DNA from: Pseudomonadota bacterium
Lineage (GTDB): Bacteria; Pseudomonadota; Alphaproteobacteria; Rhizobiales; Hyphomicrobiaceae
Direction of reading: 5' to 3'
NCBI GenBank assembly: GCA_963205015.1
Contig: CAUJKI010000276.1
Location: 1 to 46,935, forward strand
DNA length: 46,935 nt
Positions 9,986 through 19,127 of this stretch are shown here, in pieces; position 1 is the first letter of the stretch; each line of letters starts with the position of its first letter. Under the pieces are notes generated by a model, which worked only from the letters and a program-made list of their open reading frames with translations, was not told the DNA's origin and made no database searches. A program made the position numbers and the translations under genes.

Positions 9986-10874
9986 CGGTCTTTGCCTCCC
10001 CGAACAGTCCGCTTGGCTTGATCACGAGCAGGGCCAGGACGAGGAGAAGCGGATAAAGATCGCCGAAGGCCGAGTTGATGTAGTTGGAGAAGCTTTCTAC
10101 CACCCCGAACAGGATCGCGCCGATCAGTATCCCGAGCGGATTCGCGAAGCCGCCGAGCGAAGCCACCGCGAAGGCCTTCACGGTGAACACCAGGCCCATG
10201 AACGGATGCACCGTCACGATCGGGCCGACGAGCACACCCGACAATGCGGCGAGAACGGAGGCCAGGACGAACACAAGCACGACCGTCCGGCGCACGTTGA
10301 CGCCGAGAAGCGCCGCGGTCTCGGGGCTGAATGCAACGGCGTAGATGGCGCGGCCTTGTCGGGTGCGGAAGAGTAGCGCGTAGAACAGCAGGATCGCGAC
10401 CAGCGCCACCACGATCACGAGCAGCTCCTCGACGAAGACCCCGGCGCCGAAGACCTGCACGACGTTCTGGCGGTTTGCGGAAAAGAGCGGGGGAGAATAC
10501 TGCGATGATTTCCCCCACACCAGCGTGACCACGTTCTGGACGATCAGGGCGACGCCCATTGTCGTGAGTATCCAGGAGTATTGGCCACCGACGAGCGCGC
10601 GCATTCGATCGAGCGGGCGGATCGCGAACCGCTCGAGGCCCCAGCCCATCAACGCCAGAACGACGATGACCACCGCCATCACCAGCGCCACTGGAACCCC
10701 CGCCAGCAGCAAAGCCATACTCAGATAGGCGGCGAACATCAGGAAATCGCCCTGGCCGAAGTTCAATCGCGTCGTGGCGAGGTGAGCGATGAACAGTCCG
10801 GTGGCGGTGAGGGCATAGATGGCCCCCATCGCCAGTCCGCTCAGCAAAAGCTGGACGAAATTCGCAGCCGACAT
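9975..10874 (-). CDS. livH: LivH-like ABC permease
   Basis: GLAMGAIYAL.A.G, NFGQGDF.M, G.AI.AVA....AA.LLGVN, LGGF, KPSGLFG. Confidence 0.9.
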   Translation of the reverse strand: MSAANFVQLLLSGLAMGAIYALTATGLFIAHLATTRLNFGQGDFLMFAAYLSMALLLAGVPVALVMAVVIVVLALMGWGLERFAIRPLDRMRALVGGQYSWILTTMGVALIVQNVVTLVWGKSSQYSPPLFSANRQNVVQVFGAGVFVEELLVIVVALVAILLFYALLFRTRQGRAIYAVAFSPETAALLGVNVRRTVVLVFVLASVLAALSGVLVGPIVTVHPFMGLVFTVKAFAVASLGGFANPLGILIGAILFGVVESFSNYINSAFGDLYPLLLVLALLVIKPSGLFGEAKTDVR

Positions 10875-10929
10875 GGGCGGGCGATGCTCCGTTCGAGTTC
10901 AAAGGCGCAGGCAGCGCCGGTCGCAGCGG

Positions 10930-12066
10930 TCAGTATTTCAGTCTGACTACCTGCCCGTCCTTCCAGACGCCGAGAAACACGTGCTCCCGGTCGAGGCACT
11001 CATGATCCTGGGGACCAAACGGCTTGGCGGGTGTCGCCGATATCGCCTGGATCCCGTCGACGGCTTCGAGCGCGTCGCGCATGCCCTTGGGATCGAGCGT
11101 CTTCGCCGTATCTGCCGCCTTCAGAACCACCTGACCCGCGTCATAGCCGAGCGCGGCAATGACCGGCCAGCGGAACGCCTTGCCGTACTCCTTCTCCATG
11201 CGCGAGACAAAGGCCTTGGAGCTGTCGAGCGCCATGTCGAGCGCCTGCCCCATCACGGTTCCTTCGATCTCCTTCTGGCCGACGATCTGCAGGACCTTGA
11301 GTGATGAGAGTCCCCAGTTCCCGGCAATGATTGGACGATAGTCGAGCTTCGCCATGGGGCGATAGATCAGCTCGAAGGACTCGTGGAAGTTCAGCACCAG
11401 CTCGGCGCCGGCCTCCTTCATCTTCAGTAGTTGCGGCGTCAGATCACTGACATTGGGTGCGGCTGATTCCACAGCGACAAGCTGGACATTGCGCGCCTTG
11501 AGGCCTTCCTGGATCTCCTTGGCGGCAAAGACGGCATAGCCCGTCGTGGAGTGGACAAGGCCGATCTTCTTGAACGTCTTGGTGCCCCAATCGAGCATGC
11601 TCTCGATCTGGAACTTCTCCACCATCGAGCAGCGGAAGATGTAGCTCGGGCTCTCCTTGATGAACTGCGCGGTGATATTGGTAGCAATCGACGGCCCCGC
11701 CACGAGAGGCACACCGGCTTTCTGCATGATTGGCGCGAATGCGAGCACATTGCCGCTCGAGACGGTGCCGATGATCACAGGCACGTTGTCGTTCTGCATC
11801 AGGCGCTGCACCAACGACACGGCCTTCTGCGGATTCGCTTCATCGTCATAGACGACGAGCTCGATCTTGTGCTTGCCGCCCTTGGCCTCGTAGTCCTTCA
11901 CGGCGAGCTTTATGCCCTGGAGATAGGACTCGCCGAAATCGGTGATCGCCGGCGGACCGCTGAGGCCCTGGACGACGCCGATCTTCACGTTCTCGGCCGA
12001 TGCACTCCCAATCGAAAGGGCGAAGCCCGCGAGCAGCGCAAGTGCGCTGCCGTGCTTGATAGCCAT
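10930..12066 (-). CDS. Liv-type ABC substrate-binding protein
   Basis: Signal peptide; VKIG....LSG, YDDEANP.KA, D.TPQL.K, ALGYDA; AGGAGG RBS. Confidence 0.9.
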   Translation of the reverse strand: MAIKHGSALALLAGFALSIGSASAENVKIGVVQGLSGPPAITDFGESYLQGIKLAVKDYEAKGGKHKIELVVYDDEANPQKAVSLVQRLMQNDNVPVIIGTVSSGNVLAFAPIMQKAGVPLVAGPSIATNITAQFIKESPSYIFRCSMVEKFQIESMLDWGTKTFKKIGLVHSTTGYAVFAAKEIQEGLKARNVQLVAVESAAPNVSDLTPQLLKMKEAGAELVLNFHESFELIYRPMAKLDYRPIIAGNWGLSSLKVLQIVGQKEIEGTVMGQALDMALDSSKAFVSRMEKEYGKAFRWPVIAALGYDAGQVVLKAADTAKTLDPKGMRDALEAVDGIQAISATPAKPFGPQDHECLDREHVFLGVWKDGQVVRLKY

Positions 12067-12204
12067 CTTGTTTCCTCCTGGTTAGATCACTGCTTCTTTT
12101 CATTGCGCCCGCTGTCGCCCGGGCTGAAGTGCGTCCGTCTTTTACTCTCCTCGTTCCCACTTGCGCGCTCGGCTCGAACAAACGCGCTCTTGATCGATCA
12201 GATA

Positions 12205-12537
12205 CTAGGCAAGACGAAATACGGGCACGCCATTCTTGCTCTCCGCCAGCACCACGCGCGCACCGAGTTGGCCGCCTGCATCCGGCGAATCGAGGCGGCC
12301 GGTCACCTTGACGCCGGCGTCCAGCTCGATCACGGCGACCGCGTAGCTACCCTCCGCACGGAAGGCAGCCGGCGGCCGGCGGATGACAGTCCATGACAGG
12401 AGCGAGCCTGCGCCGGGAACCTTGCCGGGCTGCAACGCGGGTGCGTGACAAACAGGACAGATCTCACGCGGCCCCGCATCGAGCGCGCCGCAGGCGCTGC
12501 ATTTCAAAACTTCGACGAATCCTGCGCTCGCGGGCAT
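12205..12537 (-). CDS. DUF35 Zn-ribbon/OB-fold protein (thiolase partner)
   Basis: CSAC...CPVC zinc ribbon, G.LLSWTVI, YAVAVIELDAG; directly downstream of the thiolase. Confidence 0.9.
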   Translation of the reverse strand: MPASAGFVEVLKCSACGALDAGPREICPVCHAPALQPGKVPGAGSLLSWTVIRRPPAAFRAEGSYAVAVIELDAGVKVTGRLDSPDAGGQLGARVVLAESKNGVPVFRLA

Positions 12538-12553
12538 GTCGGTCCTCCAATCC

Positions 12554-13717
12554 TCAGACGTCCGGCCGCTTGAGAATGCTGACGGTACAGGCGATGCCGG
12601 AACCGCCGAGATTGTGCGTCATGCCGATGCCGGCGTCCTTGACCTGGTTGGCGTGCAGGCCGCGGAGTTGCAGCACCGCCTCGTAAAGCTGCCCGACGCC
12701 GGTCGCGCCGACCGGATGCCCTTTCGCCAGCAGCCCGCCGGACGGGTTGATTGGAATGTCGCCGCCAACACGCGTACGCCCCTCGGCAGCCCACTTGGCG
12801 CCCATGCCGCGCGGCACAAGGCCGAGGTCCTCGCTATCGATGATCTCGGCCATCGAGAAGCAGTCGTGTAGCTCGACGAAGTCGATGTCCTTAGCGGCGA
12901 GCCCCGCGGCCCGATAGGCGAACTCCGCCGCTTTGACGGTGGCGTCGAATGAAACGATGTCGCGGTGCCCGGCAATCCTCGGTGATCCACGCGTCTGCAC
13001 ACTCGCCAGGACGTCGATCGGCAGGTCGGGCGCGTCTTTGACGCGATCCTTCGCGACGACGACGATCGCAGCTGCTCCGTCGCTCACGGGACAGCAGTCA
13101 TAAAGCTGGATCGGATCGGCGATCGGCTGCGACTGGCGGATGACGTCGAAGGTCAGCTCGGCGCCAAGCTGCGCCAGCGGGTTCTTGAGGCCGTTGGCCT
13201 TGTTCTTGATGACGACCGACGACACCTCGTCCCGTGTCGTCCCGTACTTCGCCGCATGAATGCGCCAGGCGAGGCCGAAAAGGCCTGGAAACGTCAATCC
13301 CGAGGGCCCATCCGACCGGTTGTCCATCGCGCAGTTGAGCGCCTGCGTCACCTGCCCGCCCGAAGCGTGCGTCATCTTCTCGACGCCAACGACGAGGGCC
13401 GCATCGCACATGCCGGAGCTGACCGCCAGCACGGCATGGCGAAAGGCGATGCCGCCCGAAGCGCACGCGCCTTCGACCTTGGTGCACGGGATGTTCTCCA
13501 GGCCGAGTTCGTCGGCGACGATGCCGGCAAGGACCTCTTGTCCGCTGAGCGGTCCGGCGATGAAGTTGCCGAGATAGAGAGCGCCGATTTCCTTGCGCGA
13601 CACGCCGGCATTCCTGAGCGCCGTGTTGGCGGCCTCGACAGCCAGGCTCTCAAGACCCCTGCCCTCGTGCTTGCCGAAGAGAGTCGAACCGATGCCGGTG
13701 ATCGCTACGTCACGCAT
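12554..13717 (-). CDS. Thiolase, SCP-x/archaeal type
   Basis: VAITGIGST.FG, EGACASG (catalytic Cys), DCCPVSDGAAA, ELHDCF, NPSGGLLAKGHPVGATG. ATG at 13717 overlaps the ligase stop; the ORF-track extension is spurious. Confidence 0.92.
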   Translation of the reverse strand: MRDVAITGIGSTLFGKHEGRGLESLAVEAANTALRNAGVSRKEIGALYLGNFIAGPLSGQEVLAGIVADELGLENIPCTKVEGACASGGIAFRHAVLAVSSGMCDAALVVGVEKMTHASGGQVTQALNCAMDNRSDGPSGLTFPGLFGLAWRIHAAKYGTTRDEVSSVVIKNKANGLKNPLAQLGAELTFDVIRQSQPIADPIQLYDCCPVSDGAAAIVVVAKDRVKDAPDLPIDVLASVQTRGSPRIAGHRDIVSFDATVKAAEFAYRAAGLAAKDIDFVELHDCFSMAEIIDSEDLGLVPRGMGAKWAAEGRTRVGGDIPINPSGGLLAKGHPVGATGVGQLYEAVLQLRGLHANQVKDAGIGMTHNLGGSGIACTVSILKRPDV

Positions 13718-15242
13718 TGCCGCTCTCCTTGAGAAGCTGTCGCAGGTCCGTCTTGAGAATCTTGCCGTAACTGTTCTTGGGTAGGCTCTCGACGATACGA
13801 TAGTCGCGCGGCCGCTTGTATCGCGCGACGTTCTCGAGGCAGAGAGCGTCAAGCCCCTGAGCGGTGAGCGTCGCATCCGGGCGCGGCACGACGAAGGCCA
13901 CCACCTCCTCGCCCCAATCTGGATGCTCGCGGCCAATGACGGCGCACTCGAGCACCATCGGATGCGTCAGCAGAACCTCCTCGATCTCGCGCGGGTAGAT
14001 GTTGGAGCCGCCGGAGATGATCATGTCCTTGGAGCGGTCCTTGAGCGTCAGGAAGCCTTCCGCGTCTGCGAAGCCCAGATCGCCCGTCCACAGCCAGCCG
14101 TCGCGCAGCGACTTGGCATTGGCCTCCGGGTTGTTCCAATAGCCGCCCATGACGCAGTCCGATCGCGTGATGACTTCGCCGATCTCGCCCGCCGGCAACT
14201 CGCGCCCATCGCCATCGACCACCTTCACGTCCACCCCCGTCCGCGGCACGCCGCAGGACGCGAGAATCTCCTCTCTGCGTGGATGGTCGGTCTGCGCAAG
14301 CACATGCTTGCCGACGAAGCTGATGGTCATGGGCGACTCGCCCTGCCCGTAGATCTGCACAAGCTTCGGCCCGAAGATCTCGAGCGCCTTCTTGAGATCG
14401 CTCACGTACATCGGCGCGCCGCCGAAATAGAGCGTCCGCAGCCCCCGCGTATCGGCTGAGCCGGCGCGCTGGTGATTGATCAGCCGCGAAAGCATGGTCG
14501 GCGCGGCGAACATGGTGACGCTCTGATGATGCGCCAGCACGTCGAAGATGCGATCCGGCTCGAACGACCCCGAGAGCACGATGTTGTGCGCACCCTTGGC
14601 GAGGTGAGGAATGGCGTAGAGGCCCGAGGCGTGCGACAGCGGCGCCGCGTGCAGCTTGACGTCGCGCTCGTCGAGATTGTCGATGTCGGCGTAGTAGCAA
14701 TGGGCCATGAACAGCAGATTGCGAAACGAGAGCACCGCGCCCTTCGGCCGGCCGGTCGTCCCGCTCGTGTAGAACAGCCAGGCCTCATCCTCGGGTCCGC
14801 TTTCGACGTCGTCGATACAGTCGGATGCGAGGAGAGCCGCATAGTCTTTGCTGTCGGTCGACAGGACGCCGGGCATTCCGGGCGCGAAGATCTGCAGCGC
14901 GCCGAGCCGATCGGCCAGCTCGGGCGTGCAGAAGCAGGCCTTGCAGTCTGCATTACCCAGGATGAACGCGATCTCCTTCTCGTGCAGCTTGGCGTTCATC
15001 GGCACGGCCACCAGGCCAGCGCGCCAGATGCCGTAGAGCACCTCGAAGTACTCGGCGCAGTTCTCCATCGCGATCCCGACCCGGGCGCCACGCGCCAGCC
15101 CGAGGCGTCCGCGCAATGCCCCGGCGATGCGGCCGATGTTGGTCTCGAGTTGGCCGTAGCTGATGGTCCCGCGCTCCGACGTGATCGCGGGGTGGTTCGG
15201 CAGGCGCTTGGCGACGCGGCGGACGGTTTGAGAGAGATTCAC
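13710..15242 (-). CDS. Acyl-CoA synthetase (AMP-forming)
   Basis: FYTSGTTGRPKG, YGQGE, TGDLG, DRSKDMIISGG.NIYPREIE, LPKNSYGKILK. Probable GTG start at 15242. Confidence 0.93.
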   Translation of the reverse strand: MNLSQTVRRVAKRLPNHPAITSERGTISYGQLETNIGRIAGALRGRLGLARGARVGIAMENCAEYFEVLYGIWRAGLVAVPMNAKLHEKEIAFILGNADCKACFCTPELADRLGALQIFAPGMPGVLSTDSKDYAALLASDCIDDVESGPEDEAWLFYTSGTTGRPKGAVLSFRNLLFMAHCYYADIDNLDERDVKLHAAPLSHASGLYAIPHLAKGAHNIVLSGSFEPDRIFDVLAHHQSVTMFAAPTMLSRLINHQRAGSADTRGLRTLYFGGAPMYVSDLKKALEIFGPKLVQIYGQGESPMTISFVGKHVLAQTDHPRREEILASCGVPRTGVDVKVVDGDGRELPAGEIGEVITRSDCVMGGYWNNPEANAKSLRDGWLWTGDLGFADAEGFLTLKDRSKDMIISGGSNIYPREIEEVLLTHPMVLECAVIGREHPDWGEEVVAFVVPRPDATLTAQGLDALCLENVARYKRPRDYRIVESLPKNSYGKILKTDLRQLLKESGNA

Positions 15243-15244
15243 GA

Positions 15245-15427
15245 TCAACCCCGGCCCTGTGGCTGCTGCTGACGGCCGGCGATTGGCATCACGCCACGGA
15301 TGCCGGCTGGCTCGCCGTCGATCCCGCTTCCGGGGAGACCCCGGAATTGCCGAGCTGTAGGTTTGGATGCGAGCGCCGGTAGCGGCGCGACGCCAGCAAG
15401 AGACCCGCCGGGCGCATTCTGTCTCAT
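15245..15427 (-). CDS. Candidate 60-aa upstream small ORF
   Basis: GGAGGAG RBS and A-rich tract before ATG 15427; stop ends 2 nt before the ligase GTG. No recognisable family. Confidence 0.3.
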   Translation of the reverse strand: MRQNAPGGSLAGVAPLPALASKPTARQFRGLPGSGIDGEPAGIRGVMPIAGRQQQPQGRG

Positions 15428-15638
15428 CGTCTCCTCCAACTATTCTTTTCTTATTGTATTTTCTTGTTTTTCTTCGGTCCGCACACGTGCCGCCTGCGGC
15501 AGTCCATAGACGCCCCACCGTCGATACTCCGACAAAGATGCCGGGGTTGGTCGGAGCTTTGATAGTTGTTGTAGATCGCTTGAGTGTGCTCAACTATCCC
15601 GCAGTTTGCAGGAGTGGCTGTGCAAAAATCGAGGAGCT

Positions 15639-16619
15639 GTGGCCAGGCCCTTCCATTGGGACCATCTGCGATCGCTGATCGCCATCGCGAGGCAGGGGTC
15701 GATATCTGCTGCCGCGCGCGCGATATCCGTCGAGCATTCGACGCTCAGCCGTCATATCGCCGCCCTTGAGGAGCGGATCGGGTCCAAGCTCTTCGAGAGG
15801 ACACCGAGCGGCACTGTGCTAACCACGGCGGGTGCGCGGCTGCTCGAGGCAGCCGAAGCCATGCAGGCCGTCGTGACGCGCGCCGAGGAGGATATCGGCG
15901 GCCAGGATATGGCCGTGAGCGGCTCGGTGCGGATCGGCGCGCCGGAGGTGGTGGGGGCCTTCCTGCTCGCGCCGCGGCTGGCGAAGCTCTCGAAGGCCCA
16001 TCCCAATCTTTCGGTTCAACTGGCAGCCATGCCGCACAATTTCAGCCTGACGAAGCGCGAGACCGACATGGTCGTCGCACTCTCGCGGCCAGAGCATGGC
16101 CAGCTCGTCAGCAAGAAGCTCTCCGACTACACCCTGTGCGCCTACGCGAGCCGCGACTACATCAAGGCGGCGGCGCCGATCCGAGAGCTGTCCGATCTCA
16201 AATCACATGAGCTCATCAACTATACCGACGACCAGATGTATTCTTCCTATATCGACTACCTGGAACTCGTGCTTCCCGACGTCGAGGCACGGTTTCAGAG
16301 TTCGAGCATGATCGCGCAACTGCATGCGACGATCGAAGGGCTCGGCATTTGCGTCCTGCCGCATTTTCTGACGCGGATGCACGAGTCGCTCGTGCCGGTC
16401 CTGCCGTCGCAAACCTCGCTCGTCCGGTCGTGGTATCTCGTGTATCGAGAGGACTCGCGCAATCTGGCGCGTATAAGAGTGATCAGCGACTACCTCATCG
16501 AGGAGTTTGCAAAGATCCACGGCCTGCTGACGGGGGCCAATCTACACGGTGCCATCGACGGCAAGGTTCTCGCCGTGGACGACGTCGATCAAAGCAAGAA
16601 AAGACGGCAGCCGGCCTAA
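15639..16619 (+). CDS. LysR family regulator
   Basis: WDHLRSLIAIARQGSISAAAR..V.HSTLSRHIAALEE.IG.KLFER; divergent from the ligase operon; start approximate. Confidence 0.93.
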   Translation: MARPFHWDHLRSLIAIARQGSISAAARAISVEHSTLSRHIAALEERIGSKLFERTPSGTVLTTAGARLLEAAEAMQAVVTRAEEDIGGQDMAVSGSVRIGAPEVVGAFLLAPRLAKLSKAHPNLSVQLAAMPHNFSLTKRETDMVVALSRPEHGQLVSKKLSDYTLCAYASRDYIKAAAPIRELSDLKSHELINYTDDQMYSSYIDYLELVLPDVEARFQSSSMIAQLHATIEGLGICVLPHFLTRMHESLVPVLPSQTSLVRSWYLVYREDSRNLARIRVISDYLIEEFAKIHGLLTGANLHGAIDGKVLAVDDVDQSKKRRQPA

Positions 16620-16645
16620 AGACCTTCGATCGCCTTACATGCGTC

Positions 16646-17911
16646 TCACATGAAGCGCCGCGGTGAGAACGGCTTGAGGTCGAGAGCTGGCGTTTCTCCG
16701 GAAACCAGCTCGGCCAGCACTCTTGCCGTCATAGGCGCGCCCGTCATACCGACATGGCCATGACCGAAACCGTAGAGCACGTCCGGCGTCGCAGCCGATC
16801 GGCCGATGACGGGCAATGAATCAGGCAGGCTCGGCCGGAAACCCATCCACTGACTGAGGCGCTTTTCATCGTAGGAGCTGGAGAGAGCCGGCAGGAGCTG
16901 CCGCGCATGGTCAAGCAGGACGCGTGCGCGTCGCCAATCCGGGGGAAGGTCGAGGCCGCCGAGCTCGACGGTACCGGCGAGCCGCAAGCCGCCTTCCATC
17001 ATGGTGACGACAAACTTGCCTTCCGCCTCAGTGGTTGGAAGCTTAGGTCGCACCTCAGGGTCCGCGATCATCAGATGATAGCCACGCTCGGTGTCGAGCA
17101 GAACGCGATCCCCCAGCCGATCGGCGAAGGGCTTGGAGTGTGCGCCCGCGGCGATCACCACACTCTCCGCCGGAACATCACCACGGTCCGTTTGAACGGC
17201 ACGGACAGTTGCGCCGTCAAGGGCGACGCCGGTTGCGGAGGCGGCAATCAGGGTGGCACCATTCCTGAGAGCGTGCTCGACGAGACTCTTGACGAGCTTC
17301 GAGGGGTTCGTCGTATGCCCATTCTCCGGGATGAGAACGCCTCGTACGAAGCGCGGCGACAGCACAGGATCAAAGTCGCGGAGCTCATCGCGGTCGAGAT
17401 ACTCGAGCCGGACGCCATTCTCACGACGCAGAGACCAGCCCGCCTGGTCCTTCTGAAAGCCCTCTTCAGAACGATAGACGTAGATGTGCCCGTCATGGCG
17501 CACGAGATCGCCAGCACCGGCCTCACGCGCAAGATCCGTCATCGTCGCGACGGTCGGCCCGAGGAGCGCTCGCAAGGCCTGCGCCTGCGCCGTCACCTTC
17601 GCTGGCGTCCCCGATTGCACGAAGCGCACGAGCCACGGCGCAATCTTGGGCAGATAGCTCCATCGGACCGACAAAGGCCCCATCGGATCGAACATCCAGC
17701 CAGGCACGTTCTTCAGCATGCCCGGCATCGACATCGGCACGATCGAGGAGCCATTCAAGCAGCCGGCATTGCCGAACGAGGCCCCTTCACCCGGCGGCTT
17801 CGGGTCGATAATCGTCACCGCATGGCCTCGTCGCTGAAGCATCAGAGCCGTGCACGCGCCGACGATGCCAGCCCCGATGATCGCAACTTTCCTGGACGTC
17901 ATGACCTGCAT
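16646..17911 (-). CDS. FAD-dependent oxidoreductase, glyphosate oxidoreductase (GOX)/D-amino acid dehydrogenase-like
   Basis: GAGIVG, GASFGNAGCLNGSS.VPMSMPG, DPMGPLS, ENGHT.NP, LDTERGYH, WMGFRPS.PDSLPVIG, FGHGH.GMTGAPMTA. Confidence 0.9.
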   Translation of the reverse strand: MQVMTSRKVAIIGAGIVGACTALMLQRRGHAVTIIDPKPPGEGASFGNAGCLNGSSIVPMSMPGMLKNVPGWMFDPMGPLSVRWSYLPKIAPWLVRFVQSGTPAKVTAQAQALRALLGPTVATMTDLAREAGAGDLVRHDGHIYVYRSEEGFQKDQAGWSLRRENGVRLEYLDRDELRDFDPVLSPRFVRGVLIPENGHTTNPSKLVKSLVEHALRNGATLIAASATGVALDGATVRAVQTDRGDVPAESVVIAAGAHSKPFADRLGDRVLLDTERGYHLMIADPEVRPKLPTTEAEGKFVVTMMEGGLRLAGTVELGGLDLPPDWRRARVLLDHARQLLPALSSSYDEKRLSQWMGFRPSLPDSLPVIGRSAATPDVLYGFGHGHVGMTGAPMTARVLAELVSGETPALDLKPFSPRRFM

Positions 17912-17978
17912 TGCCTGCTGATGTGCCGCACTGCACCGCGGCGCCGATTACATCCAGACGTTGTCAACGCGGCTGCCA

Positions 17979-18024
17979 CGCGTCAAATATCGAAGCGAGG
18001 GGTGTTCATTCGTTGAGGCTATGA
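17979..18024 (-). promoter_or_regulatory. LysR box (TCAT-N11-ATGA) plus TTGAC -35 for the GOX-like gene
   Basis: Palindromic T-N11-A site at 18006-18024; 34/46 identical to 18978-19023. Confidence 0.75.
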
Positions 18025-18983
18025 TCAGACAATCGATGTCCCGAGCCCGGATCCGGCAGTTGGAGGCGTTCCATGCGGTTCTGCAGACCGGGTCGGCGAC
18101 CCGTGCCGCGGAACTGCTTCGCATTTCGCAGCCATCCGTCAGCAAGCTTCTCCAGGAGCTCGAGGCGGAGACCGGTGTCCGCCTCTTCGAGCGTGTGCGC
18201 AAGCGCCTCTTTCCGACGCCCGAAGCTCGCCGGCTCGCCCAGGAAGTGGACGATCTCTTCCGGAAGCTCAGCCGCATCGAGCACGTCGCAAACGAAATGC
18301 GCGCCAAGGGCGTCGGCCAGCTCAGGATCGCGTCGCTGCCCGCGCTCGGCTTTGGGCTCATCCCGCGCGTTCTCGCGCGCTTCCGACACGATCAGCCGGA
18401 GCTCCGCGCGGTGCTGTCGCTCGCCCCCTCCCAGCGCGTGGTCGAGATGGTGGCGTCGGGCGAGGTGGATATCGGCTTTGCCTATCCCGTACCGGGGAAG
18501 CCGACCACGCTCGAACGCCATACCCTTGCGGTATTGCCTGCAGTCGTCGTCCTGCCCCCGGGACACCGACTTGCGCGGCAAAAGGAACTGCGGCCCGAAG
18601 ATCTCGAAGACGAAACCCTCGTTTCGCTCGGCCGCGAGGACCGATCGCGCGACAACATGGATATGCTTTTCGACAAGACGCGCCTCGACGCCGCCGTGGC
18701 GGTCGAAACTCCCTTTGCCGCCGTAGCATGCGAGCTGGTGGCCGCCGGCGTGGGCGTGGCGCTCGTCGATCCGGTCACGGCATACTTCTACGGCGATCGC
18801 CTCGAGGTCCGCCCGATCGAGCCGAGCTTCAGCTTCGACTTCGGCGCGCTCACGCTCGCTGGAAGCCCCCCATCGTCCGCAGCACATCGCCTTTTGGATA
18901 TGGTGGCGGACGCAATCCCGATGGCGACATCGACGTTGCGTGGATCCCGGTCTCATCGCCCAAAAAAGCATCAGCGTTCATAG
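18021..18983 (+). CDS. LysR family regulator
   Basis: IRQLEAFHAVLQTGSATRAAELLRISQPSVSKLLQELE...G.RLFER; start at 18021 or 18036. Confidence 0.93.
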   Translation: MIRQSMSRARIRQLEAFHAVLQTGSATRAAELLRISQPSVSKLLQELEAETGVRLFERVRKRLFPTPEARRLAQEVDDLFRKLSRIEHVANEMRAKGVGQLRIASLPALGFGLIPRVLARFRHDQPELRAVLSLAPSQRVVEMVASGEVDIGFAYPVPGKPTTLERHTLAVLPAVVVLPPGHRLARQKELRPEDLEDETLVSLGREDRSRDNMDMLFDKTRLDAAVAVETPFAAVACELVAAGVGVALVDPVTAYFYGDRLEVRPIEPSFSFDFGALTLAGSPPSSAAHRLLDMVADAIPMATSTLRGSRSHRPKKHQRS

Positions 18984-19023
18984 CTGCAAGGAATGAACTG
19001 GTCGCGCTTTCGTATTTGACCCG
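18978..19023 (+). promoter_or_regulatory. LysR box (TTCAT-N11-ATGAA) plus TTGAC -35 for the deacetylase-tct operon
   Basis: Inverted repeat at 18977-18997 followed by TATTTGAC at the same spacing as in the copy at 17979-18024. Confidence 0.75.
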
Positions 19024-19127
19024 ATATCGGGAAGATGGGCACCTTTGATCCATATCCCGTGCGGCGCGGCGCCCTTTCCCGGACGCTGATGTCGAAGGCA
19101 AACTGCGATCCACTCGCTGGAGCCACG

